Source of the DNA: Azolla caroliniana
Lineage: Eukaryota > Plantae > Polypodiophyta
Assembly: GCA_043228905.1 (NCBI GenBank)
Contig: JBHGNT010000008.1
Coordinates: forward strand, 15,562,001 to 15,626,000
DNA length: 64,000 nt
Direction of reading: 5' to 3'
This document shows positions 1 to 11,621 of this stretch, one piece after another. The translations under genes were made by a program, and so were the position numbers. The notes beneath the pieces were generated by a model. The model did not search any database and had not been told where the DNA came from. It saw nothing but the letters and a program-made list of their open reading frames with translations. How positions within the stretch are numbered: position 1 is the first letter of the stretch; the number at the start of each line of letters is the position of its first letter.

Positions 1-1681
1 AAAGGCTTTGTGGCATCCGGCCAGGAACATCTAGTCTGCCGACTCAAAAAGAGTTTATACGGCCTGAAACAGGCATCCCGACAATGGTACAAGAAGTTCA
101 ACAACTTCATCCAGTCGGTTAGCTTCTCCAGGAGCAATGAGGACCACTGTCACTTCACCAAAACAGCTCAAGACGGGTCTCCCATCTTCCTCATCATTTA
201 CGTGGACGACATGCTACTCTCCGGCCGACATGCTGGAGAGCTCACCAAACTCGTTCAGAAACTGCGGTTGAAGTTTGCCATGAAGGACCTCGGTCCGGCA
301 AGACACATACTTGGTATGAAGATTAGTCGGCATCGCGATAAACAACAACTCTTCTTGTTTTAAACCGACTACATCAGACGTGTCTTGGAACGCTTCAACA
401 TGCACTCGGCCAAGTTTGTTTCGACCCCGCTCCCTATTAACCTTCGGTTGTCTCAGCGAGACTGCCCGACATCTAGTCCGGAGGGGGAAGATATGAAGTC
501 GGTACCATATGCACCGGCAATCGGCTCCCTTATGTACGCGATGGTCGCGACACGGCCTGCCTGATATTTCTTATGCCATAGGAGTCGTCAGCAGATTCAT
601 GCACAACCCAGGCCGATCGCACTGGAACACAGTCAAGCATGTGTTCAGATATCTAGCTGGCACAAAAGACCACGACATTCTTTTTGGCCCGAACTCAACC
701 TCAGGCGTAGTCGGTTACACCGACTCGGACTTCACTGGCTGCATGGACAATCAGAAATCAACAACCGGATATTGTTTCAAATTCGGCAATGGAGCAATCT
801 CGTGGAAGTCGAAACTTTAGGAGTGCACACCCACCTCAACGACCAAAGCGGAATACGTAGCTGCGTCCGACGCGACAAAAGAAGCTTAATGGTTCGGTCG
901 GTTGGCGCACACATTTCGACAAGTCGACTTCGACTCGGCTCTAGTTGTCTACAACGACAGTCAGGGTGTTGTTGTTTTGTCAAAAAATCTGGTTCACCAC
1001 AACACCTCCAAGCATATTGACGTTCAATATCACTTTGTTCGGGACTGCGTCATTTCAGGGAAAATCGGTCTCGAGAAGATATCCACAACCGATAATGTCG
1101 TAGATGGAATGACCAAGTATCTTTCGACGGATCACTTCCGGTCCCTTCGGCACCAAATGGGCATAACGAAAAATCGATCCGGTTAAAGTTGGATACACAG
1201 CACAGGATGGTTTCGAACAACCGACATCTATTCTTTGAGGATCGGCTTTAGCTCTTCCGACCCGACCGGTTCAGTCTTCTGTCTTCAGATCTTGCCTACT
1301 CAAACAAAACCGATCTGTCCGATAAACCTTGTATATACCTGTAATTTCAGATAACCCATGTATACGCCCATTATAGGGGAGTGTCGAATATGAGTGTATA
1401 ATGGCCGTATTCACACTGTCCCTTTGGACAGCCCAAGTTTGGGCTATTTCTGTAAATAGCATAAAGGGAAGTTGCCCTAGGATAGTCACTATATAAAGTG
1501 ACTTTGTAACCTTTAGTGGGGGGTTGTTGTCATTTTTAACTGTTGCTATTAAGAAATAAGACGTTTCTTTGTGCCTATCTCTCTCCCTCTCTCTCTGTGT
1601 ATCTTGTTCATTCTCATACACAGGTCCTTCAACATCACAGATGTTGTTTGTTCTTCCGCACTGACGACCTTGTCCCCAACA
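1..1681 (+). mobile_element. Ty1/copia LTR retrotransposon 'Copia-1', 3' part (degenerate RT-RNase H, PPT, 3' LTR); same family as the intact element at 47175-52672
   Basis: ORF fragments 10-363, 509-820 and 902-1186 carry [25 protein letters not shown] and KHIDVQYHFVR and are near-identical to the 1337-aa polyprotein, but broken by stops and a frameshift. PPT ATAGGGGAG ends at 1381. Confidence 0.95.
1382..1681 (+). repeat. 3' LTR of Copia-1 (300 bp, TG...CA)
   Basis: Starts TGTCGAATA right after the PPT and ends CCCCAACA. Colinear with the reverse complement of the LTRs at 47175-47478 and 52373-52672. Confidence 0.9.
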
Positions 1682-2163
1682 TTTACCCACTAGGTCATTT
1701 AGATTATATGATAATAATTCATGTCATTATTAAGAGATGTATGCATACAACATTATAGAACATTCTAGATCATTCTGGATTGCTGCACAAATAAATGATG
1801 TAGCTTTTCGCTTGGATCTACCTTCCCATATGCGTCTTCACCCAGTCTTTCATTGTTCACTTCTTGAGCCTTGTGCTACTACCACTATTCCACATCGTAT
1901 TGTGCCACCTCCACCTGTCGTTCAACTCACTGATGGCCCGGAATATGAGGTTGCCGCTATCCTTGATTCCAAGATCATCCGCAATAAGGTATATTACTTG
2001 GTGGATTGGCTTGGATACAATCCCAATGATCGTACTTGGGAACCTATCGACAACGTTACTAATGCTCAAGCACTTGTGGATACCTTCCATCGCAAGTATC
2101 CAGAAAAACCTAGCCTTTCGTCCTCGGCGACTCGTTGCACTCGTCGTTTTAAGAAAGAGATAG
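1682..2163 (+). pseudogene. Chromovirus remnant: LTR fragment (1682-~1773) fused by deletion to the integrase C-terminus (GPY/F region) and chromodomain, then PPT
   Basis: 1682-1773 matches LTR sequence at ~2227-2313. ORF 1737-2171 has AFRLDLP...LHPVFHCSLLEP and a chromodomain (EYEVAAILDSK...YYLVDWLGY...TWEP). PPT AAGAAAGAGATAG at 2151-2163. Confidence 0.9.
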
Positions 2164-2690
2164 TGTCATGATTACTGGTCATGCCAAAGCTCAAACCTTC
2201 GACCCTGGCACTCATCTTATAGCACCTTACCCACTAGGTCATTTAGATTATATGATAATAATTCATGTCATTATTAAGAGATGTTACAACATTATAGAAC
2301 ATTCTAGATCATTATGGGAAATTGTGGAACTTTCTAGAACATTTAAGGAAACTCATGAAGGGATGACACGTGGCATTGCTTGCTCTTGCGTGTGTCATTA
2401 CCTACTCCTATAAATTGAAGCCCCTCACTATTTTCAAGTTATTCCGGTTCAACACTAGTCTCCAGCCTTGTACCCTACATTATCAATCATTCTCTTAATT
2501 CTCTAGTTGTAACATTCTCTCTTTATAATAAATATCTCACCATTCTGCTTCAACAAGAAACTCTATCTTTTCTCTTGTCCGTGTTCAAACTATTAGTTAT
2601 AATATTCTCTCTTTATAATAATAATAATAATATCTCCATTCCACTTCTTCCAAATATCCTTATACCTTTTCTCTTGTCCACGTGCTGACA
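2164..2690 (+). repeat. Complete LTR of Gypsy-A (527 bp), shared between two tandem units
   Basis: TGTCATG...GCTGACA. TATA box at 2409-2415. Preceded by a PPT and followed by a PBS and gag. Its 3' half is repeated at 11391-11621. Confidence 0.9.
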
Positions 2691-2692
2691 GT

Positions 2693-2705
2693 TTGAACCG
2701 GAATA
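2693..2705 (+). promoter_or_regulatory. Self-priming primer-binding site (Tf1-type)
   Basis: TTGAACCGGAATA, 2 nt after the LTR, is the exact reverse complement of TATTCCGGTTCAA at 2440-2452, about 30 nt downstream of the TATA box. No TGG-initiated tRNA PBS is present. Confidence 0.8.
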
Positions 2706-3411
2706 CTCCTCTACCCAAAATCTCCTAATACTCGGATGGCTTCCATTAGCCTTGAGGAACATCAATTTGTCCTATTAGATCTTGAATGCTTGAAAGGCAA
2801 GTTTGTGGCTCTTGAACAAGAGAATCAACATCTACTTGGAGATCTACAACAAGTCACAATGGAGAAGCGACAACATGATGAAGAATTGACACAACGAGTA
2901 CGACAATATGAGGAGCGGGTTCAACAATTAGAGATGACGCTAGCTTCTTCGCAGCAACAAGTCGTTGAAACTTAAGGCATTTTTAAGGAACCTAAGATAA
3001 GTCTTCCAGCAAGGTTTGATGGGACACGCTCACAATTTCGGGGCTTTTTGAATCAGGTACGATTAGTAATTCAAATGCACCCGACACGTTATCCAACTCA
3101 AGTATCCTGAGTGGGACTAGTAGGCACTTTATTAAGCGGTTCAGCTTTGTCTTGGTTTGCACCACTATTAGAACAAAAAAATCCATTGTTAGATGATTTT
3201 GAAGCTTTTATAGAGGAATTCAAAGCATGTTTTGGAGATACGGATAGTGTAAGGACAACCATAAAAATGATTTGTAGGCTACTACAAGGGGATCGTCTAG
3301 CTTCTACCTATGCCACTAACTTCCATCTCCTCGCATCTGACATCCCAAGGGACGAGCAAGCATTAATAGAACAATTTCGATAAGGCCTTTGCAATGATGT
3401 GAAGGATTTGA

Positions 3412-3689
3412 TGACAGGAACTACACGCTCCCTATGCGCAACGCCCGGCCACAACCGAGCTTAGAATCAAACACAGAAAAAAAAAACGGGGAATGAATAC
3501 ACGACACAAAGGAAAGAGAAGAGTACACAGGATGTTTACGTGGAAAACCCAAACTAGGGAAAAACCACGGCAGCCCACAGGCTGCAAACTATCACTATGT
3601 TACAATGATTACAATAGTGAATTCACGGAGGCAACAACCTTGTGCTCACGATCTTCGCCACAGGCGGCGGTTACAACAGAGGCAACGAC

Positions 3690-3734
<45 letters not shown>

Positions 3735-4215
3735 CACTATTACGCGCTCTCTAGTCTTGCACCAACGAGAATGACAACAACTCATAACTAAAGTTTGCCC
3801 TAAGTCATATTTATACTAATATGACTTTTCGGCTATTTACAAATATAGCCACGATGGACTCTCAGAAAACATATTTACGAATATGTCTCTTCATCCGGTG
3901 AGCACTCCTCACCGGGCCTGCATCATCGGGCGCTTGCCGGGTACTCTTCATCCGGTTCTCACCGGTTCTGCACCATCCGGCTCTCCGTAGCCAGGTACTC
4001 TTCATCTGGTTCTCATCGGGTCTGCACCATCCGGCTCTCCGTAGCTGAGTACTCTTCATCCGGTTCTCACCGGGTCTACACCATCCGGCTCTCCGTAGCC
4101 GGGTACTCTTCATCCGGTTCTCATCGGGTCTGCACCATCCGGCTCTCCGTAGCTGGGTACTCTTCATCCGGTTCTCACCGGGTCTTCACCATCCGCAGGG
4201 ACCTGTTTCCTAACA
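3412..4215 (-). repeat. 3' LTR of Copia-2 (804 bp)
   Basis: TGACAGG...CCTAACA, direct repeat of 8278-8847. Contains (TC)n at ~3694-3730 and a 54-bp tandem array. Confidence 0.95.
3939..4194. repeat. 54-bp tandem repeat (~4.7 units) in the U3 region of the Copia-2 3' LTR
   Basis: Unit GGGTACTCTTCATCCGGTTCTCACCGGGTCTGCACCATCCGGCTCTCCGTAGCC starts at 3939, 3993, 4047, 4101 and 4155. Confidence 0.95.
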
Positions 4216-7200
4216 AACTCCCCCTTCACTCCGGCATGGGATGTCTTACTAGTCCGACCCGCTTCCGGCATGCATCCACCTTGTCGGGTATCAATACTTT
4301 GGTCAGCATATCTAACCCGTTCTCGGCCGTGTGGATCTTCGTCAGCGCGAACTCTTGGTCATTTACTCTTTCCCGGATCTAGTGATACCTTCGTTGGATA
4401 TGCTTCGTCCGGGAATGGTAGGCCGCATTCTTAGCAAGGTGGATGGCACTTTGACTATCGCAGTAGAGCCGGTATTCATCTTGCCTGATACCGAGCTCTC
4501 CGATGAAGTCCTTCATCCATAATATTTCCTTGCCGGCTTCCACAGCCGCCATGTACTCCGCCTCCGTGGTTGACAACGCAACCGTCTTCTGCAGCCTTGA
4601 CTGCCACGAAACAACTCCCCCTGCATATGTCATTACATACACGGATGTGGACCGACTGGTATCCACATCAACCGACATGTCCGAATCGGTAAAATCGTCA
4701 AGTTGAGGTTTTCCGGAGTGCCCTTCAAGTACCGGAGTATCCATTTGACTGCGTTCCATTGCTCCTTGCCGGGATTGCTCATAAACCGGCTCACCACTCC
4801 GACTGCATATCCTATATCCGGTCGGGTACACACCATTGCGTACATCAAGCTCCCGATGGCAGAGGCATATGGAACCTTCATCATATCAGCCTTCTCTGCT
4901 TTCGTCTTCGGGCTTTGCTTACCGGATAATCTACAGTTTGTCGGGAGTGTCGATCCGACCGGTTTCGCTTCCAACATGTTGAACCGTTGAAGCACCTTTG
5001 TCACGTACTTCTCCTGTGACAGCCACAATTGCTTCGTTGGCCGGTTCCGGATGATATGCATCCCCAGCATCTGTCGTGCCGGACCCAAGTCTTTCATTGA
5101 GAAGGTCCGGTTGAGAGCCTTCTTCAGCATCCGTATTTTGGTTTGGTCCTGTCCGATGATCAACATGTCGTCCACGTACAGAAGGAGTATCAGGAAGTCG
5201 CCTCCTTCGAACTTCTTCACAAACACATAGTGGTTACCCTGTGTCTTGTGGTACCCTTGATCAGTCATGAAGGAGTCGAACTTCCAGTACCATTGTCGGG
5301 GAGCCTACTTCAGTTCGTACAGGTTCTTCTTCAACCAGCATATCAGGTGCTCCTTCCCTTTCTCCACGAATCCTTCTGGTTGTTGCATGTAGATCTCCTC
5401 TTCGAGGTCACCGTGAAGGAATGTCGTATTCACGTCTAGCTGCTCTACCTCGAGGTCCATGCTTGCCGCTATACTCAGCACCGTCCGGATGGAGGTCATC
5501 TTTACTACCGGGGCAAATATCTCGTCGAAGTCCACGCCCTTCTTCTACTGGAACCCCTTCACCACGATCCTGGCTTTGTATCTCGGGGGGTTGTCGGCAT
5601 CTCCTGGTTTCAACTTGTACACCCACTTATTTCGGAGTGCCCGCTTTCCTTTCGGCAACTCCACCAATTCGTACGTATGGTTCTCATGCAGGGAATCCAT
5701 CTCATCCTGCATGGCACTTAACCATTTTCGGCTGTGGGTGTCATCCTTCGCTTCTTCGAAGCTTTCTGGCTCCCCCTCATCGGTCAGCAGCACATGCTCT
5801 ACATCCAGAAATCTCTGGGGGGCCCTTCTCTCTCTGAGAGGATATCTCCGTCTCTGGGCTTTGGTAACCGGCTCCTCCATTTGCTCTTCATCCAAATCCG
5901 ATTCGGGATCTTGGCCGGTTTCGGTTCCAGCTTCCTCTACTTCTTCTTCTGCCGGTTCGGTATCCTCACCGTAACCGGTTGGTTCCTCGAGTGCTAACCG
6001 GTCTCTTGTCGGTTGGGTCTGCTCATCGTAGAATCGATCCTTACCGGTCGACTCAGAGTTCATTATCTTCTTCTCCGACTCCCAGTCGGCGAGCGTCTTG
6101 TCCTCCATGAAGATAATATCTCGACTCTAGAATACCTTCTTGTCGACCAGGTCCCACACTCGGTAGCCGAACTCATTGTCGCCGTAACCGAGGAATATGC
6201 ATGGCCGGGTCTTTGGATCTAACTTTCCTCTCCGGTCCTTAGCAACATGCACGTACACAAGACACCCGAACACCTTCAGATGCCAGTAGGACACTTCCCT
6301 ACCAGTCCAGACTCTCTATGGCGTGTCTCCGTCCAAGGGTACTGAGGGTGATCTGTTTATCACATATGTCGTCGTCGACAGTGCCTCAACCCAAAACTTC
6401 TTAGGTAGTTTTGCATGCGCTAGCATACTCCGGACTCTCTCCATTATGGTCCGGTTCATCCTCTCGGCCAGCCCGTTTAGTTCCGGCGTCTTCGGCACGG
6501 TAAATTCGAGCCGGATTCCCTTCGAGCGATAGTACTCCTCGAACTACCCCCGGTATTCACCTCCGTTATTTGCTCGAACTGCCTTCAACTTCCGGCTAGT
6601 TTCTCTTTCCACTCTCGCGTGGAGCTCTTTGAAGACGGATAACACCTGATCCTTCGTCTTCAACGGTGTGGCCCACAACTTCCGGTTGTGATCATCTATG
6701 AACGTCACGAAGTACTGCGATCCGGCATGTGACTTCATGTCCACTTGACATACATCAGTATGCACCAACTCCAGTGGTGCATTACGTCTCATCGGTGGCC
6801 TCGATCGGAAGGAGGTCCGGTTTTGTTTACCGGCTAGACAATCAGTGCACTTCTCCAAGTGCACGTTCTTCACTGGAATGAGGTTGTCGTCTGCAAGCCT
6901 CTTCATCCCCTTCTCGCTCATGTGACACAACCTCTTGAGCCACAGCTCACCGGCACTGTCGGATGCTACGTTCACGTCTTCCGGGCATAATCGGGCATTC
7001 ATTAGGTACAGCGTGTTTACCTTCCGGGCCCGAGCCACAATCAGGCTTCCTTTGCTGAACTTCATAACATCGTTCCGGATGCTACCCATGTAGCCTTCAT
7101 CATCTAGCTGACCAACTGATATCAGGTTCAGACGAACCTCCGGAACGTGTCAAACATCCTTCAGCAGCAGCTTGCATCCGGTTGGCGTTGTCAGCCACAC

Positions 7201-8277
7201 GTCTCTTATGCCGACAATTCGGCATGTACCTTCATTCCCCATCCGGACACAGCCGTGATCACCAACTGAGTAGGATGAGAAGCATTTCCGGTCCGGGGTA
7301 AGGTGGAACGACGCTCCGGAGTCGACCACCCAGGTCATCTCGTCGCCGGCAAGGTTTATCTCACTCTCCTTGGTGATGAGCATCAACTCTTCTTCACTTG
7401 CCGCGATTGCCGGCATTCCCTTCCGGTCCGTTCCCCTCCGGTCTTTACCGTTCCGGTCCGGTGTCCGCTTCGAATCGGTACCATCGGTTTCCTTGTCTTT
7501 TTGGAAATGCCGACAGTTCTTCTAGAAGTGTCCCGGCTTGCCGCAATAGAAGCAAGTAGGCCTCCCCCTTGACTTTGACCGTGTCCCCGACTTCTCCCGG
7601 TTCTAGGGACTACGGTTCCTTTGTCTTCCACGTTCCGATTCAGTAAGGAGCGCTTTGGGGTCGAAGCTTGTATCCTTATCTTTCCGATGTGCCTCTTCAT
7701 CTAGCAAGCTCGACTTTACTCTTGCTAGGGATAACCGTTTCCCTTCCTGCCCGGCGTTGCCCAAAGTGACAACCAACGTCTCCCAACTATCCGGGAGGGA
7801 ACCGAGCAAGAGTAGCGCTAGTACCTCATCGGCGAGAGGTACTTCCAATGATGTTGCCTGGTGTATCAGCCCCTAGAAGGTATTCATGTGCTCCGCCATG
7901 CTGGAGCCATCTTGGTACCGGAGTCTTACTAGCTTCCGGAATACCGAAACCTGATTAACAGCATTTTTGTTTTGAAACATAATGCCGATCTTCTCCCAGA
8001 GCTCATGAGCCTTGCTCTCTTCATTGAAGTTGTTGTATAGGCTCATGTCGATGAAGCACCATATGTACGTCGTTTTCTTCATGTGCATCACCTCCCATAT
8101 CGTGGCGTCGATTTTGTCCGGTCTCTTGTCCCCGAACGGAACCGGCAACCAAAGATCTTTAACCACGAGCATGTCCCTCATCTTCGACTTCCACACCGAA
8201 TAGTTGGAGCCGGTGAGCTTGAACATGCCTCCCAACGAATTGTCCATTTTCTGTGTCGTTTCGCCCTGATACCACTT

Positions 8278-8847
8278 TGACAGGAACTACACGTTCCCTA
8301 TGCGCAATGCTCGGCCACAACCGAGCTTAGAGTCAAACACAAAAAAAAAACGGGGAATGAATACACAACACAAAGGAAAGAGAAGAGTACACAGGATGTT
8401 TACGTGGAAAACCCAAACTAGGGAAAAACCACGGCAGCCCGCAGGCTGCAAACTATCACTATGTTACAATGATTACAACAGTGAGTTCACGAAGGCAACA
8501 ACCTCGTGCTCACGATCTTCGCCACAAGCGGCGGTAACAACAGAGGCAATGACCTCTTCCTCTCTCTCTCTCTCTCTCTGTACACTATTACGCGCTCTCT
8601 AGTCTTGCACCAACGAGAATGACAACAACTCATAACTAAAGTTTGCCCTAAGTCATATTTATACTAATATGACTTTTCGGCTATTTACAAATATAGCCAC
8701 GATGGACTCTCAGAAAACATATTTACGAATATGTTTCTTCATCCGGTGAGCACTCCTCACCGGGCCTGCATCATCGGGCGCTTGCCGGGTACTCGTCATC
8801 CGGTTCTCACCGGGTCTTCACCATCCAGAGGGACCTGTTTCCTAACA
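8278..8847 (-). repeat. 5' LTR of Copia-2 (570 bp)
   Basis: Direct repeat of 3412-4215 lacking four 54-bp units. Adjacent to the PBS. Confidence 0.95.
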
Positions 8848-11390
8848 TTTGATTCTTACTTTTCCGGAGGATCCCAAATCACTTACGGAGGCAATAAGTA
8901 GAGCAGTTAGATGTGACAATAGACTATTTGAAAGGCGTTCCGAACGGCAACAACTTATGGTGTGATCAAGGTTAGAGCCTACTTATGCATCAGTTGTGAC
9001 AAGACCACTTTCTAGGCAATCATCTAATATTACTCCAATGGATGTGCCTACAGCAATGGAGATTGAAGCAACACGAAGACGAGGACCGTTATCAGATGAG
9101 GAAAAGCAAAGACGTCGATTGTGGGAGTCCTGGACATATTGCAATCAATTGTCCCAATCAACTAAAGCGTCAGGTAAATCAATTCTTACTACACCCGGTC
9201 TAATCCAATAAGAATATCTGAAAACAATCTCAATAGCCCAACTCTCCCTAATAGAGCAAATAATCCTCATAGCCCAACTCTCTCAAATAGATTTGAAGTT
9301 TTGAGCCAATTAGAGGAAGAGTTAAACGAATAGGTCCATCCAAAATAGGAGTCATTTGGTTGAACAGTCCCTAGTAGTGGTTCCATTTCTTCCAAGGAAG
9401 TAAGTAAAGTCTTTTCAGCTCAAGTAGAAGTTAGTACGTCAAGCCAACATCAAGTTCATGTCTTAGCCCTTCTAGACACTACAGCCAATTCTTGTTTCAT
9501 GGATAGGGAATTTGCCTTAGCACAGAAAATATCCTTGCATAAACTCCCCTATCAAGCTTCCGTAGTAGTCATTGATGGACGCCCTATTGCTTCTGGAAAC
9601 ATAACTGAAGGTTCTGAGCCTGTACGAGTAGTCTTAGATGATTTGGCATGTGTTATATCCTTCAATATTATTAGTAGTCCAATGAATCTGATCGTCCTAG
9701 GCTTACCTTGGTTCGAGCTTCACAACCCAAGCACTGATTGGCAGAAATGGACAATTAGATGTCAAAGTCAAGGTTAAAAAGAAATCCAAATGTTAGAAGA
9801 TGGTAATGTAAAGGCTAAATACCGCAAAATTTCTACTATTTCTCTACAACAATTACGCAAAGAAGGAAGAAAGGAGGAGATGTTTGTATTTGCAATATCA
9901 AGGAAGCCTTTTAAAGACTTCGAGGGTAGTTCAGAGATTAAACTTCTGCACAAGTATAAAGAATTTGCAGATGTCTTTGACAAAGTGAAAGCTGGTATAC
10001 TCCTTGAGCATCGACCTTATGATTATCCCATCGACCTACAACCAGGGAAAGAGCCACTGTGGGGACCGATCTATAATTTGTCGCCAGTAGAGCTGGAGGT
10101 TCTTTGGGAATACATTGATGAAAATCTGGCGAAAGGATTCATTCGACATTCAAAGTCTCTAGCAGGGGCACCCATTTTCTTTGTGAAAAAGAAAGATGGC
10201 TCACTTCATTTGGTGGTGGATTATCGAGGGTTGAATAAGGTCATTATAAGAAATAGGTATGCATTACCTTTGATCTCTAGCCTTTTAGAACAGATTAGTG
10301 GGGCAAATTTTTTTACTAAAATTGATCTCCGAGGTGCTTATAATCTTGTCCGGATTTGTCCCGACGATGAATGGAAGACGACTTTTCGCACTTGATATGG
10401 CCATTTTGAATATACAATCATGCCGTTTGGACTTACTAATGCACCTGCAATTTTTTAGCATATGGCTAATGATATCTTTCGGGATTTTCTATATATTTTT
10501 TTGATTATTTACTTAGATGATCTGTTGATCTATTCCAAGACACGGGAAGAGCATAATGCCCATGTTCGGCAAGTTTTACAACGGTTGCGTGAATATGGCC
10601 TTTATGCTAAGTTGGAGAAATGCAATTTTGATTGCAAACAAGTAGAGTTTTTGGGCTATGTTGTTTCATCCAAAGGTATATCGATGGATCCAGCTAAAGT
10701 TCAAACAGTGTTAGATTGGCAAATTCAATGTTCGGTCGAAGATGTCCAATGTTTTTTAGGATTTGCAAACTTCTATCGCAAATTCATTAATGGGTATTCG
10801 GCGATCATTTTACCTCTTACGCAACTCACCTAAAAGAATCAGTCATTTATTTGGACACCTGGTGCAACCAAGGCTTTCATGGATCTAAAAAAGGCATTTA
10901 CATCTGCCCCTATATTAGCTCATGTTGATCCCCACAAACCATTTATTATGGAAGCTGATGCATTGGATTTTGCTCTCAGAAGCATCTTGTCACAACATGG
11001 AGATGATGGGCAACTTCATCCAGTGGCTTTCCATTCACGTAAATTCAATGCTGTAGAGATCAACTATGAAGTGCATTATAAAGAATTGCTAGCTATTGTG
11101 GACTCCTTTCAGCAATGGTGACATCTCTTGGAGGGTTCTCTTCATCAAATACTAGTTTATAATGACCACAAAAACCTAACATACTTTCATAATGCTCGGG
11201 TGTTGACAAGGCGGCGGGCTCAGTGGGCACAAATCCTCACTCGTTTTGAGTTGTAAATACTATATTGGCCTGGATCACAACAAGGCAAGGCAGATGCTTT
11301 ATCTCGAAGGACATATCTTGCACCTCGTCCTGGTGAAGCAGCATTTGATGATCAAAAACAAATTCTTTTAGGACCTGCATGGTTACAAGC

Positions 11391-11621
11391 AGTCTCTAGC
11401 CTTCTAGCCTACATTATCAATCATTCTCTTAATTCTCTAGTTGTAACATTCTCTCTTTATAATAAATATCTCACCATTCTGCTTCAACAAGAAACTCTAT
11501 CTTTTCTCTTGTCCGTGTGCAAACTATTAGTTATAATATTCTCTCTTTATAATAATAATAATATCTCCATTCCGCTTCTTCCAAATATCCTTATACCTTT
11601 TCTCATGTCCGTGTGCTAACA
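11391..11621 (+). repeat. 3' portion of a Gypsy-A LTR
   Basis: Matches ~2457-2690 and ends GTGCTAACA. Joined directly to post-RNase H sequence, so integrase, PPT and U3 are deleted. Confidence 0.9.

Larger units (their letters stand above)
3412..8847 (-). mobile_element. Full-length degenerate Ty1/copia 'Copia-2' (Tnt1-like) nested in Gypsy-A gag
   Basis: TSD TTTGA at 3407-3411 and 8848-8852. LTRs 3412-4215 and 8278-8847. PBS TGGTATCAGGGC (iMet, 1 mismatch) at 8263-8274. PPT adjacent to 4216. Gag (KLTGSNYSVWK), protease (VVDSGAS), integrase (LVHTDVC, AERMNRT), RT (YVDDML) and RNase H fragments, with many stops. Confidence 0.97.
2164..11621 (+). mobile_element. Ty3/gypsy chromovirus 'Gypsy-A' (Tcn1/Tf-like), degenerate, integrase deleted, gag interrupted by Copia-2
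   Basis: Order: LTR 2164-2690; gag (LLSGSALSWF...FGDTD) 2736-3411, resuming at 8853; protease ~9450-9770; RT (GAPIFFVKKKDGSL, KIDLRGAYNL, YLDDLL) 9790-10830; RNase H (PVAFHSRK, NYEVHYKELLA) to ~11390; partial LTR 11391-11621. Confidence 0.92.

Noticed and set aside
3862-4167. 101-aa ORF with an 18-aa repeat (MKSTQLRRAGWCRPDENR)
   Set aside because: It is the translation of the 54-bp LTR tandem repeat; no evidence of a protein gene.
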